DNA of 64,000 nt from contig CAXXLL010000002.1 in NCBI GenBank assembly GCA_963662545.2, positions 1,088,001-1,152,000 of the forward strand, written 5' to 3'. Shown here piece by piece: positions 1 to 8,839 of the stretch. Position 1 is the stretch's first letter. The number at the start of each line of letters is the position of its first letter. A program made the translations under genes and the position numbers. Source of the DNA: Gammaproteobacteria bacterium. Its GTDB lineage: Bacteria; Pseudomonadota; Gammaproteobacteria; Ga0077536. The notes under the pieces are model-generated. The model did no database searches. It was not told the origin of the DNA and saw only the letters and a list, made by a program, of their open reading frames with translations.

Positions 1-402
1 CGCGCCTGAACGCGTATTGCAGTGCAATCTGTTCAACCAGGAAGCGATTGGAATCGAAGCTCAGGCCGAACACGAGGTCTATGCGGTGTGTGCGGAAATC
101 ATCTTCCAGTGACGACAGGCAGCGCGAAGGATCGACGTCGATCGCTTCGACATGGCGTCCACACATTGTCGCGAACCGTCGCGTGTCGTCGCAAACAGTG
201 TCCGTCACCACGCGCAAGCGCCGCTCTTCGCCGAAACTTCCGAGCTTGGGACCAGCAGACAAGGGCAAGCTCATTACAATCAGCGAAGACTGCAGGAATG
301 CGCGTCGCGTCGCCGCCAAACGACTACCCCCGGGATTAATGGTGGCAGAATTATGCCAGATTCATCGAACGATCTGGTGACCTGCTGCCCGGTTAGAATA
401 GT

Positions 403-1179
403 GTGGACATGGATGAACTCCCCCTGGCGGACGAACTGAAATCATTTGCACACGGCGCGGTGAGCGCGGTGGAGGGGGCCCTCATCGTCGCCAGGATGGT
501 GCGGCCCGACACCGATGTCGAGTGGTGCCGCGACGAATTGCGCCGCCTCGGCGGCGCGGTGGGATCCGGCGCCGCGCCGGCAGAACTCGTCGAATATCTT
601 CGCGCACAGGGTTTCGCGGGCGCGGAGGCCTATTACGAAACCGATAACAGTTCGCTCGAGTGCGTACTCAGGACGCGGCGCGGGATTCCCATCACGCTCG
701 CGATGGTAGTCGTCGGCACCGCGGAATGTCTCGGGATGACGGCGGTCGGGATCAATTTCCCCGGCCATTTCATGGTGTCCCTCGACGGCTGTTTGTTCGA
801 TCCCTTCAAGATGCAGCCGATCGACGCCGCGGGGCGCCGTAAATGGCTGACCTGGAGCGGTGCCGAGGAGGAAAACGCCTTCGAGTACGCGACACCCGTC
901 GACGTTGTTCAGCGGATGTTGAACAATCTGCGGGCCCTCGCCCGGTCGCGCGGCGATCACGAAGCGGCGCTGGAACTGACCGAATACCAGCTCATTGTTA
1001 CGCCGGATCCGTTGCCGATTCACGTCGATCGCGCCGAGTTATGGGCGGCGCTGGGCGCGATGGAGATGGCGAGGCGCGAACTCGAATGCGCCCTTGCGCT
1101 CGCGCCGGACGCCGCGCTCAGGGCGCAGCTCGAAGAGCGCCTGCTCGGGCTCGGTGCATCCGGACCCACGCTGCACTGA
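403..1179 (+). CDS. SirB1-family / transglutaminase-like protein with C-terminal TPR-like helices
   Basis: Motifs YY..DNSSL..VL..RRGIPITLA, GINFPGHF and RMLNNL are typical of the SirB1 family. The ATG at 409 may be the true start. Confidence 0.85.
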   Translation: MDMDELPLADELKSFAHGAVSAVEGALIVARMVRPDTDVEWCRDELRRLGGAVGSGAAPAELVEYLRAQGFAGAEAYYETDNSSLECVLRTRRGIPITLAMVVVGTAECLGMTAVGINFPGHFMVSLDGCLFDPFKMQPIDAAGRRKWLTWSGAEEENAFEYATPVDVVQRMLNNLRALARSRGDHEAALELTEYQLIVTPDPLPIHVDRAELWAALGAMEMARRELECALALAPDAALRAQLEERLLGLGASGPTLH

Positions 1180-1258
1180 TCTAACATGCGTTGATAGCCC
1201 CCGCGTCTTGCGATTAGGATGTGGATCTTAAGATCACGCCAAGCGGAGGAGATGCGTA

Positions 1259-1972
1259 ATGGCCTTTGCACCCATCTATCCACACGACCCGATCGAAGAG
1301 ATCGCCGAGGACGTTTTCATGGTGCGCGGCTGTATCCGCATGAACGCCCTGATGACGATCACGCGCAACATGGCCGTCGTGCGAAACGACGGGGAGCTCA
1401 GCTTGGTCGACCCTCTTCGCCTCGACGAGGCGGGGGAAAAACAGCTCGAAGCACTCGGGCAGGTCAAGCACATGCTGCGCCTCGGCTGCTTTCACGGCCT
1501 GGACGACCCTTACTATGTCGAGCGTTACAAGCCCGCTCACTGGTGTCAGCCGGGCGGCACGACTTACACGGAACCCGCCATCGATCACGAACTGACCGCC
1601 GGCGGCGAACTGCCGTTCCCCGACGCCGAGTTGTTCTGTTTCGAAACCACGAAGCAACCCGAATCTGTCTTACTCCTGCGCAAGGGCGACGGATTACTGC
1701 TGACCTGCGACGCAATCCAAAATTACGGCGACTACCGTCACAACAACCTGCCGGCGCGATTGCTGATGCCTTTCATAGGCTTTCCCAAAACGACGCTCAT
1801 CGGTCCCCTGTGGCTCAAGGGTATGACACGCGAGGGCGGGTCGCTGAAAAGCGAGTTCGAACGCTTGCTGGATCTACGATTCGACAGTTTGCTGAGCGCA
1901 CATGGGAGTTTTCTACCGAGTGGCGCCCACGCGGCGGTAACCGCGGCGCTGAATCGAGCGTTTCCGGACTGA
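1259..1972 (+). CDS. DUF4336-like / metallo-beta-lactamase-fold-like hypothetical protein
   Basis: RNMAVVR..GEL.LVDP, LEALGQVKH, FH, LLTCD and LLSAHG pattern; GGAGGAG RBS upstream. Confidence 0.6.
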   Translation: MAFAPIYPHDPIEEIAEDVFMVRGCIRMNALMTITRNMAVVRNDGELSLVDPLRLDEAGEKQLEALGQVKHMLRLGCFHGLDDPYYVERYKPAHWCQPGGTTYTEPAIDHELTAGGELPFPDAELFCFETTKQPESVLLLRKGDGLLLTCDAIQNYGDYRHNNLPARLLMPFIGFPKTTLIGPLWLKGMTREGGSLKSEFERLLDLRFDSLLSAHGSFLPSGAHAAVTAALNRAFPD

Positions 1973-2003
1973 ATCGCGAAGAATCGACATTCGGGTTCCG
2001 CGC

Positions 2004-3413
2004 TTGGGCGGGACGGCCCGGCCGCGCCCGCTACGACGTCAAAAATGGAAAGGGATTCGCCGTTTGAGTGAGGATTCACAAGACGATGCCGTAAACGCCT
2101 CACCGGGCGTAGAAACCCAGATAGCCGAGGGCGCCGTTACGGGCCTGCAGCTTACGGTGCTCGCACTGTGCTGCACGATCAATGCCCTCGACGGTTTCGA
2201 TATCCTGGCGATCTCTTTCATCGCCGCGGAGATCGCTGACGAATGGTCGCTCGCTCCCGACGAACTCGGCCTGCTGTTCAGCGGCAGCCTCATCGGCATG
2301 ATGATCGGTGCGTTCACGATCGCGCCGCTGGCCGATCGATTCGGACGCAAGCCCGTTCTCATCGCGAGCCTCGGCTTGATCGCTACGGGCATGGTCGCGA
2401 CCAGCGGCGTGGCGTCGGCGCCCTGGCTGTTCATCGCGAGGGTGATCACGGGGTGCGGCGTCGGCGGCGTGTTACCGAACATCAATACCCTCGTCGCGGA
2501 ATACGCGCCCCTGAAACATCGCAACATGGCGATCAGTACGTTGATGATCGCCTATCCAATCGGTGCCATCCTGGCCGGCGTCATCGTCGCCTGGATAATG
2601 CCCGTATGGGGCTGGCGGGCGGTGTTTCTCGCGGGCGGTCTCGCGACCCTGGTCATTATGCCGCTGCTGTTCTTGCTGCTGCCCGAGTCCGTACATTTTC
2701 TGATCGATCGACGTCCGCGCGATGCGCTGTCGCGCGTGAATCGTATTCTCGCGCGAATGCATCTCGATCCAATCGAAGCAATGCCACCGCGCGAGGTCGC
2801 TGACGACGCGCCGCCGAGTGCGAGCGAACTGCTGGCGCCTGAATACCGGCGGCGTTTCTTGCTGCTGTTGACGGCGTTCTTCATGTGCACCTTGGTGGTG
2901 TATTTCGTGCTGAGCTGGACGCCCAAGATCATCATCGATGCGGGGATGGGTTCGGAACTCGGGATCTACGGCGGTACGATCCTGAACGCGGGCGGGATCG
3001 CGGCTACGCTCCTGATGGGTTACCTGTTCGGCCTGTACGGTTTACGCCGCGTGCTGGTCACGATTTACCTGCTGCAAGCGGGTTTGATGATCGTGTTCGC
3101 TTACGTCGTGGGCGGGCCGGTCTATCTGGTCCTGCTGATCACGGGCTTGCTGGGGGGGTGTACCCATGCCGGTATCGTGGGTCTGTACACCTGTTCGGCC
3201 TGGCTGTTCCCGACGCGTCTGCGCAGCACTGGCCTCGGCTGGGCGATCGGGCTCGGGCGGAGCGGGGCGGTGATCGGGCCTTACCTGGCCGGCCTTCTGA
3301 TGAGCTTCGGTTGGTCGCGCGAAGCGTATTTCATCGTGATGGGGACGCCCATCCTGCTCGCGGCGGTGGCGGTGTGGATGATCCCGTTTCCAAAAGTCGG
3401 CAGCTCGCATTGA
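2004..3413 (+). CDS. MFS transporter, aromatic acid:H+ symporter (BenK/PcaK-like) family
   Basis: LDGFD in TM1, LADRFGRK motif A, EYAP..R, FPTRLRSTG.G...G.GR.G. About 12 hydrophobic segments. True start probably near 2064. Confidence 0.9.
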   Translation: MGGTARPRPLRRQKWKGIRRLSEDSQDDAVNASPGVETQIAEGAVTGLQLTVLALCCTINALDGFDILAISFIAAEIADEWSLAPDELGLLFSGSLIGMMIGAFTIAPLADRFGRKPVLIASLGLIATGMVATSGVASAPWLFIARVITGCGVGGVLPNINTLVAEYAPLKHRNMAISTLMIAYPIGAILAGVIVAWIMPVWGWRAVFLAGGLATLVIMPLLFLLLPESVHFLIDRRPRDALSRVNRILARMHLDPIEAMPPREVADDAPPSASELLAPEYRRRFLLLLTAFFMCTLVVYFVLSWTPKIIIDAGMGSELGIYGGTILNAGGIAATLLMGYLFGLYGLRRVLVTIYLLQAGLMIVFAYVVGGPVYLVLLITGLLGGCTHAGIVGLYTCSAWLFPTRLRSTGLGWAIGLGRSGAVIGPYLAGLLMSFGWSREAYFIVMGTPILLAAVAVWMIPFPKVGSSH

Positions 3414-3435
3414 CTCGGATCGGCGCTTACGAAGT

Positions 3436-3565
3436 TGTAAAAATTCTTGACAACCGTAGAGATCGGGCAGAATCCGGTTTAAGTATTTGAAATATCTCGT
3501 ATTTCGGAGGCGCCGGCGGTGTTTCTGCGCGGCCCGGTGCACGGAAACTGTCAAGATTTTTTACA
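3436..3565. promoter_or_regulatory. Two TGT-N11-ACA enhancer-like sites in inverted orientation
   Basis: TGTAAAAATTCTTGACA (3436-3452) and TGTCAAGATTTTTTACA (3549-3565) are 16/17 reverse complements and lie upstream of a -24/-12 promoter. Confidence 0.6.
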
Positions 3566-3628
3566 AATAGCGCAGGGCCCTCGTATGGGCAAGATCGCAA
3601 GGTCTTGAAAAGTGGGAAAATTACCGTT

Positions 3629-3644
3629 TGGCGCGTTTCTTGCA
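3629..3644 (+). promoter_or_regulatory. Sigma-54 (-24/-12) promoter
   Basis: TGGCGCG-TTTC-TTGCA matches TGGCACG-N4-TTGCW with exact GG-to-GC spacing, 95 bp upstream of the ATG at 3739. Confidence 0.75.
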
Positions 3645-3738
3645 AATAAATTATGACTAAAATCAAGGCCTCGCGTGGAAATCGAGGTAGATCTGAGTGT
3701 AAAACGCCAACCCACGGCTGCCAGCAAAGGGGACGATC

Positions 3739-4536
3739 ATGACGGACAAAGACCCTCATCTCACCATCGAGAACGACGAAAACAGCGAGAAAAGTCCCCC
3801 AACTGGCGGCGACTCCGCCGGCGAGCGCCAGAAAACCTTCAGCCGCCGCGCGCTGCTGGAAGCGGGCTGGAGCGTGCCGCTGATAGCGGCCGTGCAGTTC
3901 CCGACCGACGCCTTCGCGGTGTCGATCCCGACGCACGAAGACTCCGCGGGACATTCCGACATCCCAGGGTCGCAGCACGACGACATGGCCCTCGAGCCAC
4001 ACGTGGATACCAACCCGCACGTCGACACCAGCCCGCACAGTGATGGTCCCATGCACAGCGACAGCTTCGAGCCGCATTCCGACGCGTCCACGCACGACGA
4101 TTTATTCAGTGGTCCTACCCACGTTGACATACCCTTTCATGCCGACGATCCGCCGGTGCCTCACAGCGATGGCCCCGATATTTTTCATGGGGATGCGAAC
4201 GCGCCAACGGCCGGGGGGCATGCAGACGATGCGGCCGCTCCGCACGGCGATAGCAATCCCCACTCCGACGCTTTCAATGTTCTGGTGGGACATGATGACG
4301 ACGCCGGCCACAACGACGACGTGACCCCGCACACGGATGCGTTCCATAACGACACCAACCCGCACAACGACAATACGCACAATGACGGCCTGGTGCACTC
4401 TGACTTCGGAACCCCGCACGGTGACAGCGGAACGCCGCACGGCGACACGCCAGAAGTACCGCATGATGACGTCGTGACACCGACGCATAATGATGGGGCG
4501 CCGCATAACGACCATAACGACCTGATAACGACCTGA
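3739..4536 (+). CDS. His-x-Asp repeat protein with twin-Arg/RiPP-like leader
   Basis: Leader FSRRALLEAGWSVPLIAAVQFPTDAFAVS is followed by 29 HxD motifs. GGGGA RBS, own promoter and downstream hairpin. Confidence 0.85.
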   Translation: MTDKDPHLTIENDENSEKSPPTGGDSAGERQKTFSRRALLEAGWSVPLIAAVQFPTDAFAVSIPTHEDSAGHSDIPGSQHDDMALEPHVDTNPHVDTSPHSDGPMHSDSFEPHSDASTHDDLFSGPTHVDIPFHADDPPVPHSDGPDIFHGDANAPTAGGHADDAAAPHGDSNPHSDAFNVLVGHDDDAGHNDDVTPHTDAFHNDTNPHNDNTHNDGLVHSDFGTPHGDSGTPHGDTPEVPHDDVVTPTHNDGAPHNDHNDLITT

Positions 4537-4586
4537 TTGGGAACGTGCCCCACGGCGACGCCTGATATACAGAACTCGACGCGGAA

Positions 4587-4614
4587 CACGCGCCCCGGTT
4601 ATCCGGGGCGCGTG
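4587..4614 (+). terminator. Perfect 12-bp hairpin downstream of the HxD gene (terminator or 3' stabiliser)
   Basis: CACGCGCCCCGG-TTAT-CCGGGGCGCGTG; no U-tract. Confidence 0.55.
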
Positions 4615-4641
4615 ACGAATGATACGGAGGTCACAGCCAAG

Positions 4642-4710
4642 CTGTTCTCGGTACATCCATGTACCGGGAACAGACTATCGAAAAATGCCGTTTTTTTAAC
4701 AGCCCCTTAG
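4642..4710. repeat. Partial copy of MITE family C
   Basis: CGGTACATCCATGTACCGGGAACAGACTATCGAAAAA...TTTTTAACAGCCCCTTAG aligns with the reverse complement of the left half of 7817-7977. Confidence 0.6.
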
Positions 4711-5576
4711 GGCGCGAGTGCCTCCAGCGCGTCCCAATCGGGTCCCGGCTCGCCGTCGGGTCTGATCGCCTGGATCACGACCTGGTCCGCGCCCTTGTCG
4801 AAATATTCCTTGAGCCCCGCCTTGATCTGATCGGCGTCGCCCCAGAGCACCATTGCATCCATCAGCCGATCGCTGCCGCCGTTTTCGAGGTCGCTCTTCT
4901 CGAAGCCCAGGCGGAACCAGTTGTTGTAATAGTTCGGCAACGGCAAGTAGACGCCGAGCGCCGCACGCGCGGCGGCCCGGGCCTTAACGGGGTCGCTGCA
5001 CAGGCAAACCTTTTGCTCGCAGATGATCGCCCCCTCGGACCCCATGTATTCGCGTGACAGCGTCGCCTGCTGCGGCGTGATGTTATAGGGGAAGGTGCCG
5101 AGCGTGCGCTCCGCCGACAGCTTCGACATGTTGGGGCCGAGCGCGGCGAGTACGAGTTGCTTTTTATCGGGTGTACTGCCGAGTGCCTTCCACGCCTGGT
5201 CCATGCCATCGAGATAGGCACGCATCGTCGCCACGGGTTTCTTGTATTCGTGGCCGCGCACGTCGGCTACCAGCGGCGCGTGCGAGACGCCGAGCCCGAG
5301 CACGAAACGCCCGCCGTAGAGCGCGTTCAAGGAGTTGTGCCCCATCGCCGCGGCGGCGGGATCGCGCGCATAAATATTGGCGATGCCGCTCGCGACCTGG
5401 AGTTTCTCGCTGTGGCCGAGCAGGTAGCCGGCGATGGCGAAGGTCTCGTAGTTAAAAGCCTCGGGATACCACAAGGTCGAATAACCGAGGTCCTCGACGC
5501 GACGGGGCAGTTCCGCGCACTGGTCCGCGTCGAGTACGTCGGCGAAGGCGAAGACGCCGTATTTTCCGAATTTCAT
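4707..5576 (-). CDS. Luciferase-like (LLM) oxidoreductase, putatively F420-dependent (MSMEG_4141-like)
   Basis: LGYSTLWYPE, ASGIANIYARDP, GRFVLGLGVSH, LAALGP, GADQVVIQ. Confidence 0.9.
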   Translation of the reverse strand: MKFGKYGVFAFADVLDADQCAELPRRVEDLGYSTLWYPEAFNYETFAIAGYLLGHSEKLQVASGIANIYARDPAAAAMGHNSLNALYGGRFVLGLGVSHAPLVADVRGHEYKKPVATMRAYLDGMDQAWKALGSTPDKKQLVLAALGPNMSKLSAERTLGTFPYNITPQQATLSREYMGSEGAIICEQKVCLCSDPVKARAAARAALGVYLPLPNYYNNWFRLGFEKSDLENGGSDRLMDAMVLWGDADQIKAGLKEYFDKGADQVVIQAIRPDGEPGPDWDALEALAP

Positions 5577-5609
5577 GAGATTTTTCCCTATTGATGTTTC
5601 GTTCGCGGT

Positions 5610-6311
5610 TCAGTTTGCCGCGCCGCTCCTGAACGCCTGTGCCGACAGGCCCTGTGCCGTGCCGCTCGCGTAAGCGGTATAACGGGGCACGAACCATTCG
5701 AGGTCGTGCGCGGTCGCTGCCGCGGCAGGGCGTTGGATCATCGTGTCGAGCCAGCGCCGCAGCCGCTTGCACGATGCCGGCATCGTCACCTCGCGATAAT
5801 AGTTGAATACGGGCAGGCGTTCGAAGAAGGGATACAGGGCGAGATCCGCCAGCGACAATTCCGCTCCCAGCCAGAAAGGACCTGCGCCCTGGTTCGCTTC
5901 GAGGCGGCTTTCGAGATACCGCATCCCGTCCTCGACGGCGGCGCGCAATCGTTTCCGGTCGGCCGGGTCTTGTTCGAAGAGAAGCTTGTACAAGCTCGCG
6001 AGAAAGACGTTGTCGAAATGACGAATTTCGTTACGCATCACGGCGCGGCCGCGTTCCTCGGCGGGCCTTAAGGCGGGTCCCGCAAAGCTTGCATCCAGGT
6101 ACTCGTTGATCGTCGCCGATTCCCACAGGATGAATTCGCCGTGACGGATCACGGGGACGCGTTCGGCGGGCGTCAGCTCGAGAAACCAGCCGGGCTTGTC
6201 ATCGATGTCGATCTCGATCGATTCGTGCTCAATCGCCTTTTCCCCGAGCAGTATCCGCGTGCGCTGGGCGTAGGGACAGACTTCGGCGGTATAAAACGTG
6301 AGATCGTTCAT
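5610..6311 (-). CDS. Glutathione S-transferase (omega-like)
   Basis: CPYAQR active-site motif, VPV, ESATI.EYLD, SLADL..YPFFER. Confidence 0.9.
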   Translation of the reverse strand: MNDLTFYTAEVCPYAQRTRILLGEKAIEHESIEIDIDDKPGWFLELTPAERVPVIRHGEFILWESATINEYLDASFAGPALRPAEERGRAVMRNEIRHFDNVFLASLYKLLFEQDPADRKRLRAAVEDGMRYLESRLEANQGAGPFWLGAELSLADLALYPFFERLPVFNYYREVTMPASCKRLRRWLDTMIQRPAAAATAHDLEWFVPRYTAYASGTAQGLSAQAFRSGAAN

Positions 6312-6362
6312 GCGGGGTCTCCAGGAATTTCACATCGGCTCGCGTCGCGATCCCCGCGACGG

Positions 6363-7172
6363 TCAGGGCTTGACGAACTTCAGGGTCATCCGATCGCTCT
6401 CGCCGATGGCAGTGTACTTATCCCTGTCCTTATCGCCCGTGCGGAAATTCGGCGGCAGCGTCCACACGCCTTCCGGGTAATCCTTGGTGTCCTTCGGATT
6501 CGCATTGACCTCACTCGAGGCAAGCCATTTGAATCCGGCGGCTGCGGCCAGGCGCTTCGCCTCGCTTTCGGCGAGATAGCCTTTCCTGGCCCACGCCTTG
6601 CCGGTCATGTGGTCTTTGCCGCGATGCGCCACGAGACCGAGGGTACCCCCGGATTTTAATGCCTCGAACATCGCCTTGAACATCGCGTCGGCGCGATCTC
6701 CCCGCACCCAGTTGTGGAGGTTGCGGAAGGTGAGCACCATGTCGGCCGATCCGGCAGGCGCAGCCCGTAGCGATGCCGGCGGCGTCAAGGCCGTCACGAT
6801 GACTTTGTCGTAGACATCAGGATGCGCGGCGAGCTTGTCCTTGAACTTCCGCGCATTTTTCCGATAGTAATCGACACCCGTGCTACCGTCGTAGTTTGCC
6901 GCGTAGAGGGTGCCTTTCTCGCGCAGGTAGGGCGCGAGCACTTCCGTATACCAGCCGCCGCCGCCCGGCCAGATCTCAACGACCGTCATGTCGGGGCGGG
7001 TGCCGAAGAACTCGAGCGTTTCGAGCGGGTGGCGAAATGTATTTCGCGCGATGTTCACGGCCGAACGGTGTTCGCCCGTGATCGCGTCCGCGAGCGTCAC
7101 GGCGTCGCCGCCAGCAGCGGATTGAGCAATCATGAACAAACCGGACATGAGCACGATCGCGTTGAACTTCAT
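6363..7172 (-). CDS. Secreted predicted SAM-dependent methyltransferase (COG4798-like)
   Basis: Signal peptide, RHP.ETL.FFG, VVEIWPGGGGWYT, TFRNLHNW, GVWTLPP, GESDRMTLKF. Confidence 0.88.
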   Translation of the reverse strand: MKFNAIVLMSGLFMIAQSAAGGDAVTLADAITGEHRSAVNIARNTFRHPLETLEFFGTRPDMTVVEIWPGGGGWYTEVLAPYLREKGTLYAANYDGSTGVDYYRKNARKFKDKLAAHPDVYDKVIVTALTPPASLRAAPAGSADMVLTFRNLHNWVRGDRADAMFKAMFEALKSGGTLGLVAHRGKDHMTGKAWARKGYLAESEAKRLAAAAGFKWLASSEVNANPKDTKDYPEGVWTLPPNFRTGDKDRDKYTAIGESDRMTLKFVKP

Positions 7173-7254
7173 GAGCACGCTCCAGGGTAGACAGGCGGGC
7201 AGTATACGCATTTCGAACCGCTGAGAAACGTCCATTGTCGTCAGCACGATTCCA

Positions 7255-7650
7255 TCAGTCGCTCAGCATATAGGTGACTGTTGCCACGGCGATTTCCTCG
7301 CCGGCATCGGTCGTCACCGCGACGTGAGCGACACAGATCTTGCGTCCACGGCGGCGTACCGTCGCGGTCGCGATCAGGTCGAGCGCCGTCGCTTTGCGCA
7401 GAAAGTTGATTGAGAAGCAGACGGTCGCGCCGCGCGCGTCAGGGTCGATATCCGGATGTGACCAGAAGGCGCAGACGGCCGCGACGTCGACGAGCGAGCT
7501 GATCGCGCCGCCGTGCATGCGGTCGAGCCCGAGATAGGCCCGGTAGGGTAGGCACAGAACCGCGCGATCCTGCGCTGATTCGACCAGCTTGATGCCGAGA
7601 TGCTGCGGGTAAGGCTCGCCTTCGGCGATCGTTTTGACGCGTTCCAGCAT
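7255..7650 (-). CDS. PaaI-family thioesterase (hotdog fold)
   Basis: HGGAISSLVD, ATV..SINFLR, RRGRKI. Confidence 0.9.
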   Translation of the reverse strand: MLERVKTIAEGEPYPQHLGIKLVESAQDRAVLCLPYRAYLGLDRMHGGAISSLVDVAAVCAFWSHPDIDPDARGATVCFSINFLRKATALDLIATATVRRRGRKICVAHVAVTTDAGEEIAVATVTYMLSD

Positions 7651-7816
7651 GGCGAGTATTCCGCATGGCTATCGATCGTCCGATCCCGCCGCGCCGTTTC
7701 GGCCGGATCGGGATCGAAAGGCGGCCAGCCTACCATCTTCCGCGCCCGCCCATCCGCGGCGCTCGGCATGTCGGTCCGAATCGAATTGCCGCGTCGCGTC
7801 GTTTTGAGCTGCCTAA

Positions 7817-7977
7817 CAGACTGTTGAAAAACTTGTTTTTCGACAACCTGTGCCCGGCACAGGGATGTGCCGGCGTCAATCGAGCACGCTATGTGCTTGA
7901 TTGATGGAGCAAGACGGAAACCGCGTTTTCGTCTTGCGAGTTGAAAAACGATAAGGACATCGTTTTTCAACAACCTG
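7817..7977. mobile_element. MITE family C (161 bp, IS5-like ends)
   Basis: TIRs CAGACTGTTGAAAAAC and GTTTTTCAACAACCTG, flanked by a CTAA direct repeat; no transposase. Confidence 0.75.
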
Positions 7978-8110
7978 CTAAGGCGCCGCGCAAGTTGAGA
8001 TGAGCGGAAACCAGTCGGGTGTCGAAAACCCTGGTTTTCAACGGCCTGTCAAACGGGCGCCGTCACCACGTCCGGCGCACGCCGCCCGTTTGTGTTGGAA
8101 ACGCTTGCCC

Positions 8111-8551
8111 CTACCACCGCCCGCCGAGGTTGTACCCGAGTACCGCCCCCAACGCGGTCGCAGCGAGATTACCGCTGCCCTTGCCAACCTGCGAGCCGGC
8201 CCAGCCGCCCAGCGCGCCGCCGATGGCCTGGCCGACCGAGGGCGCGTAGGAGCTACGGGCACCCGCGTAACGCGAGCCGTAGCCGCCGTAGACTGGTGCG
8301 GCACGATACTGGGGCGCATAGGGTTGGCCGTAAGCGTAGGATCCCTGCTGGTAAGCGGGTCCCGCGTACGGGCAATGGTGCCCTTGGCCGGATGGAAGCT
8401 GCTGTTGGTTGTAGTGGTAGTAATGGTGATGTTCGTGCTTCACCACGCCATGGTTTTCATGATCCGCCATTACGGGCGCCGCGGCCATGGACAGGCCTAG
8501 AACCGCCGCTGCACCCAGCAGTGTCGAACGTTTGCTCAGAGTGTATTTCAT
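8111..8551 (-). CDS. Secreted His/Tyr-rich protein with C-terminal glycine-zipper 2TM domain
   Basis: Signal peptide (..AAAPVMA-D), HENHGVVKHEHHHYYH, IGGALGGWAGSQVGKGSGNLAATALGAVLG. Confidence 0.85.
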   Translation of the reverse strand: MKYTLSKRSTLLGAAAVLGLSMAAAPVMADHENHGVVKHEHHHYYHYNQQQLPSGQGHHCPYAGPAYQQGSYAYGQPYAPQYRAAPVYGGYGSRYAGARSSYAPSVGQAIGGALGGWAGSQVGKGSGNLAATALGAVLGYNLGGRW

Positions 8552-8839
8552 CGTCGACTCCTTAAGCGTTCGAGATGTCTCGAACGAGTCTTGGTATTTC
8601 TATGAAGCATTATGCTCTGAGGCGACGGTAAGCGATGTGAGCTTAACGGCGCCTGAATCGGCGCGCGCCGTAGATTACGAGACACCCGGCGATCCCGGAA
8701 GAGTTAGCCCAATGCTTACCGACGCTTAGCCCGGGCTATTTGGTGGGTGTCCAGAATTCACCCGAGAATTTATCCAGAATTCACTCTCACGGTAGGTTCT
8801 AAAAAGGTGGGGGGAACGGGCGCCGGACCCGTTTAGCAG

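Noticed and set aside
1-402. Overlapping ORFs 22-339, 48-380 and 152-439
   Set aside because: No recognisable motifs or RBS; Arg/Ser-rich composition typical of spurious frames.
3756-4656. Cys-rich antisense ORFs over the HxD gene (repeating SxCG)
   Set aside because: They are mirror products of the His/Asp codons; promoter, RBS and hairpin all support the plus strand.
8735-8790. Direct repeat CCAGAATTCAC x2
   Set aside because: Only two 11-bp copies; cannot separate an operator from a repeat remnant or chance.
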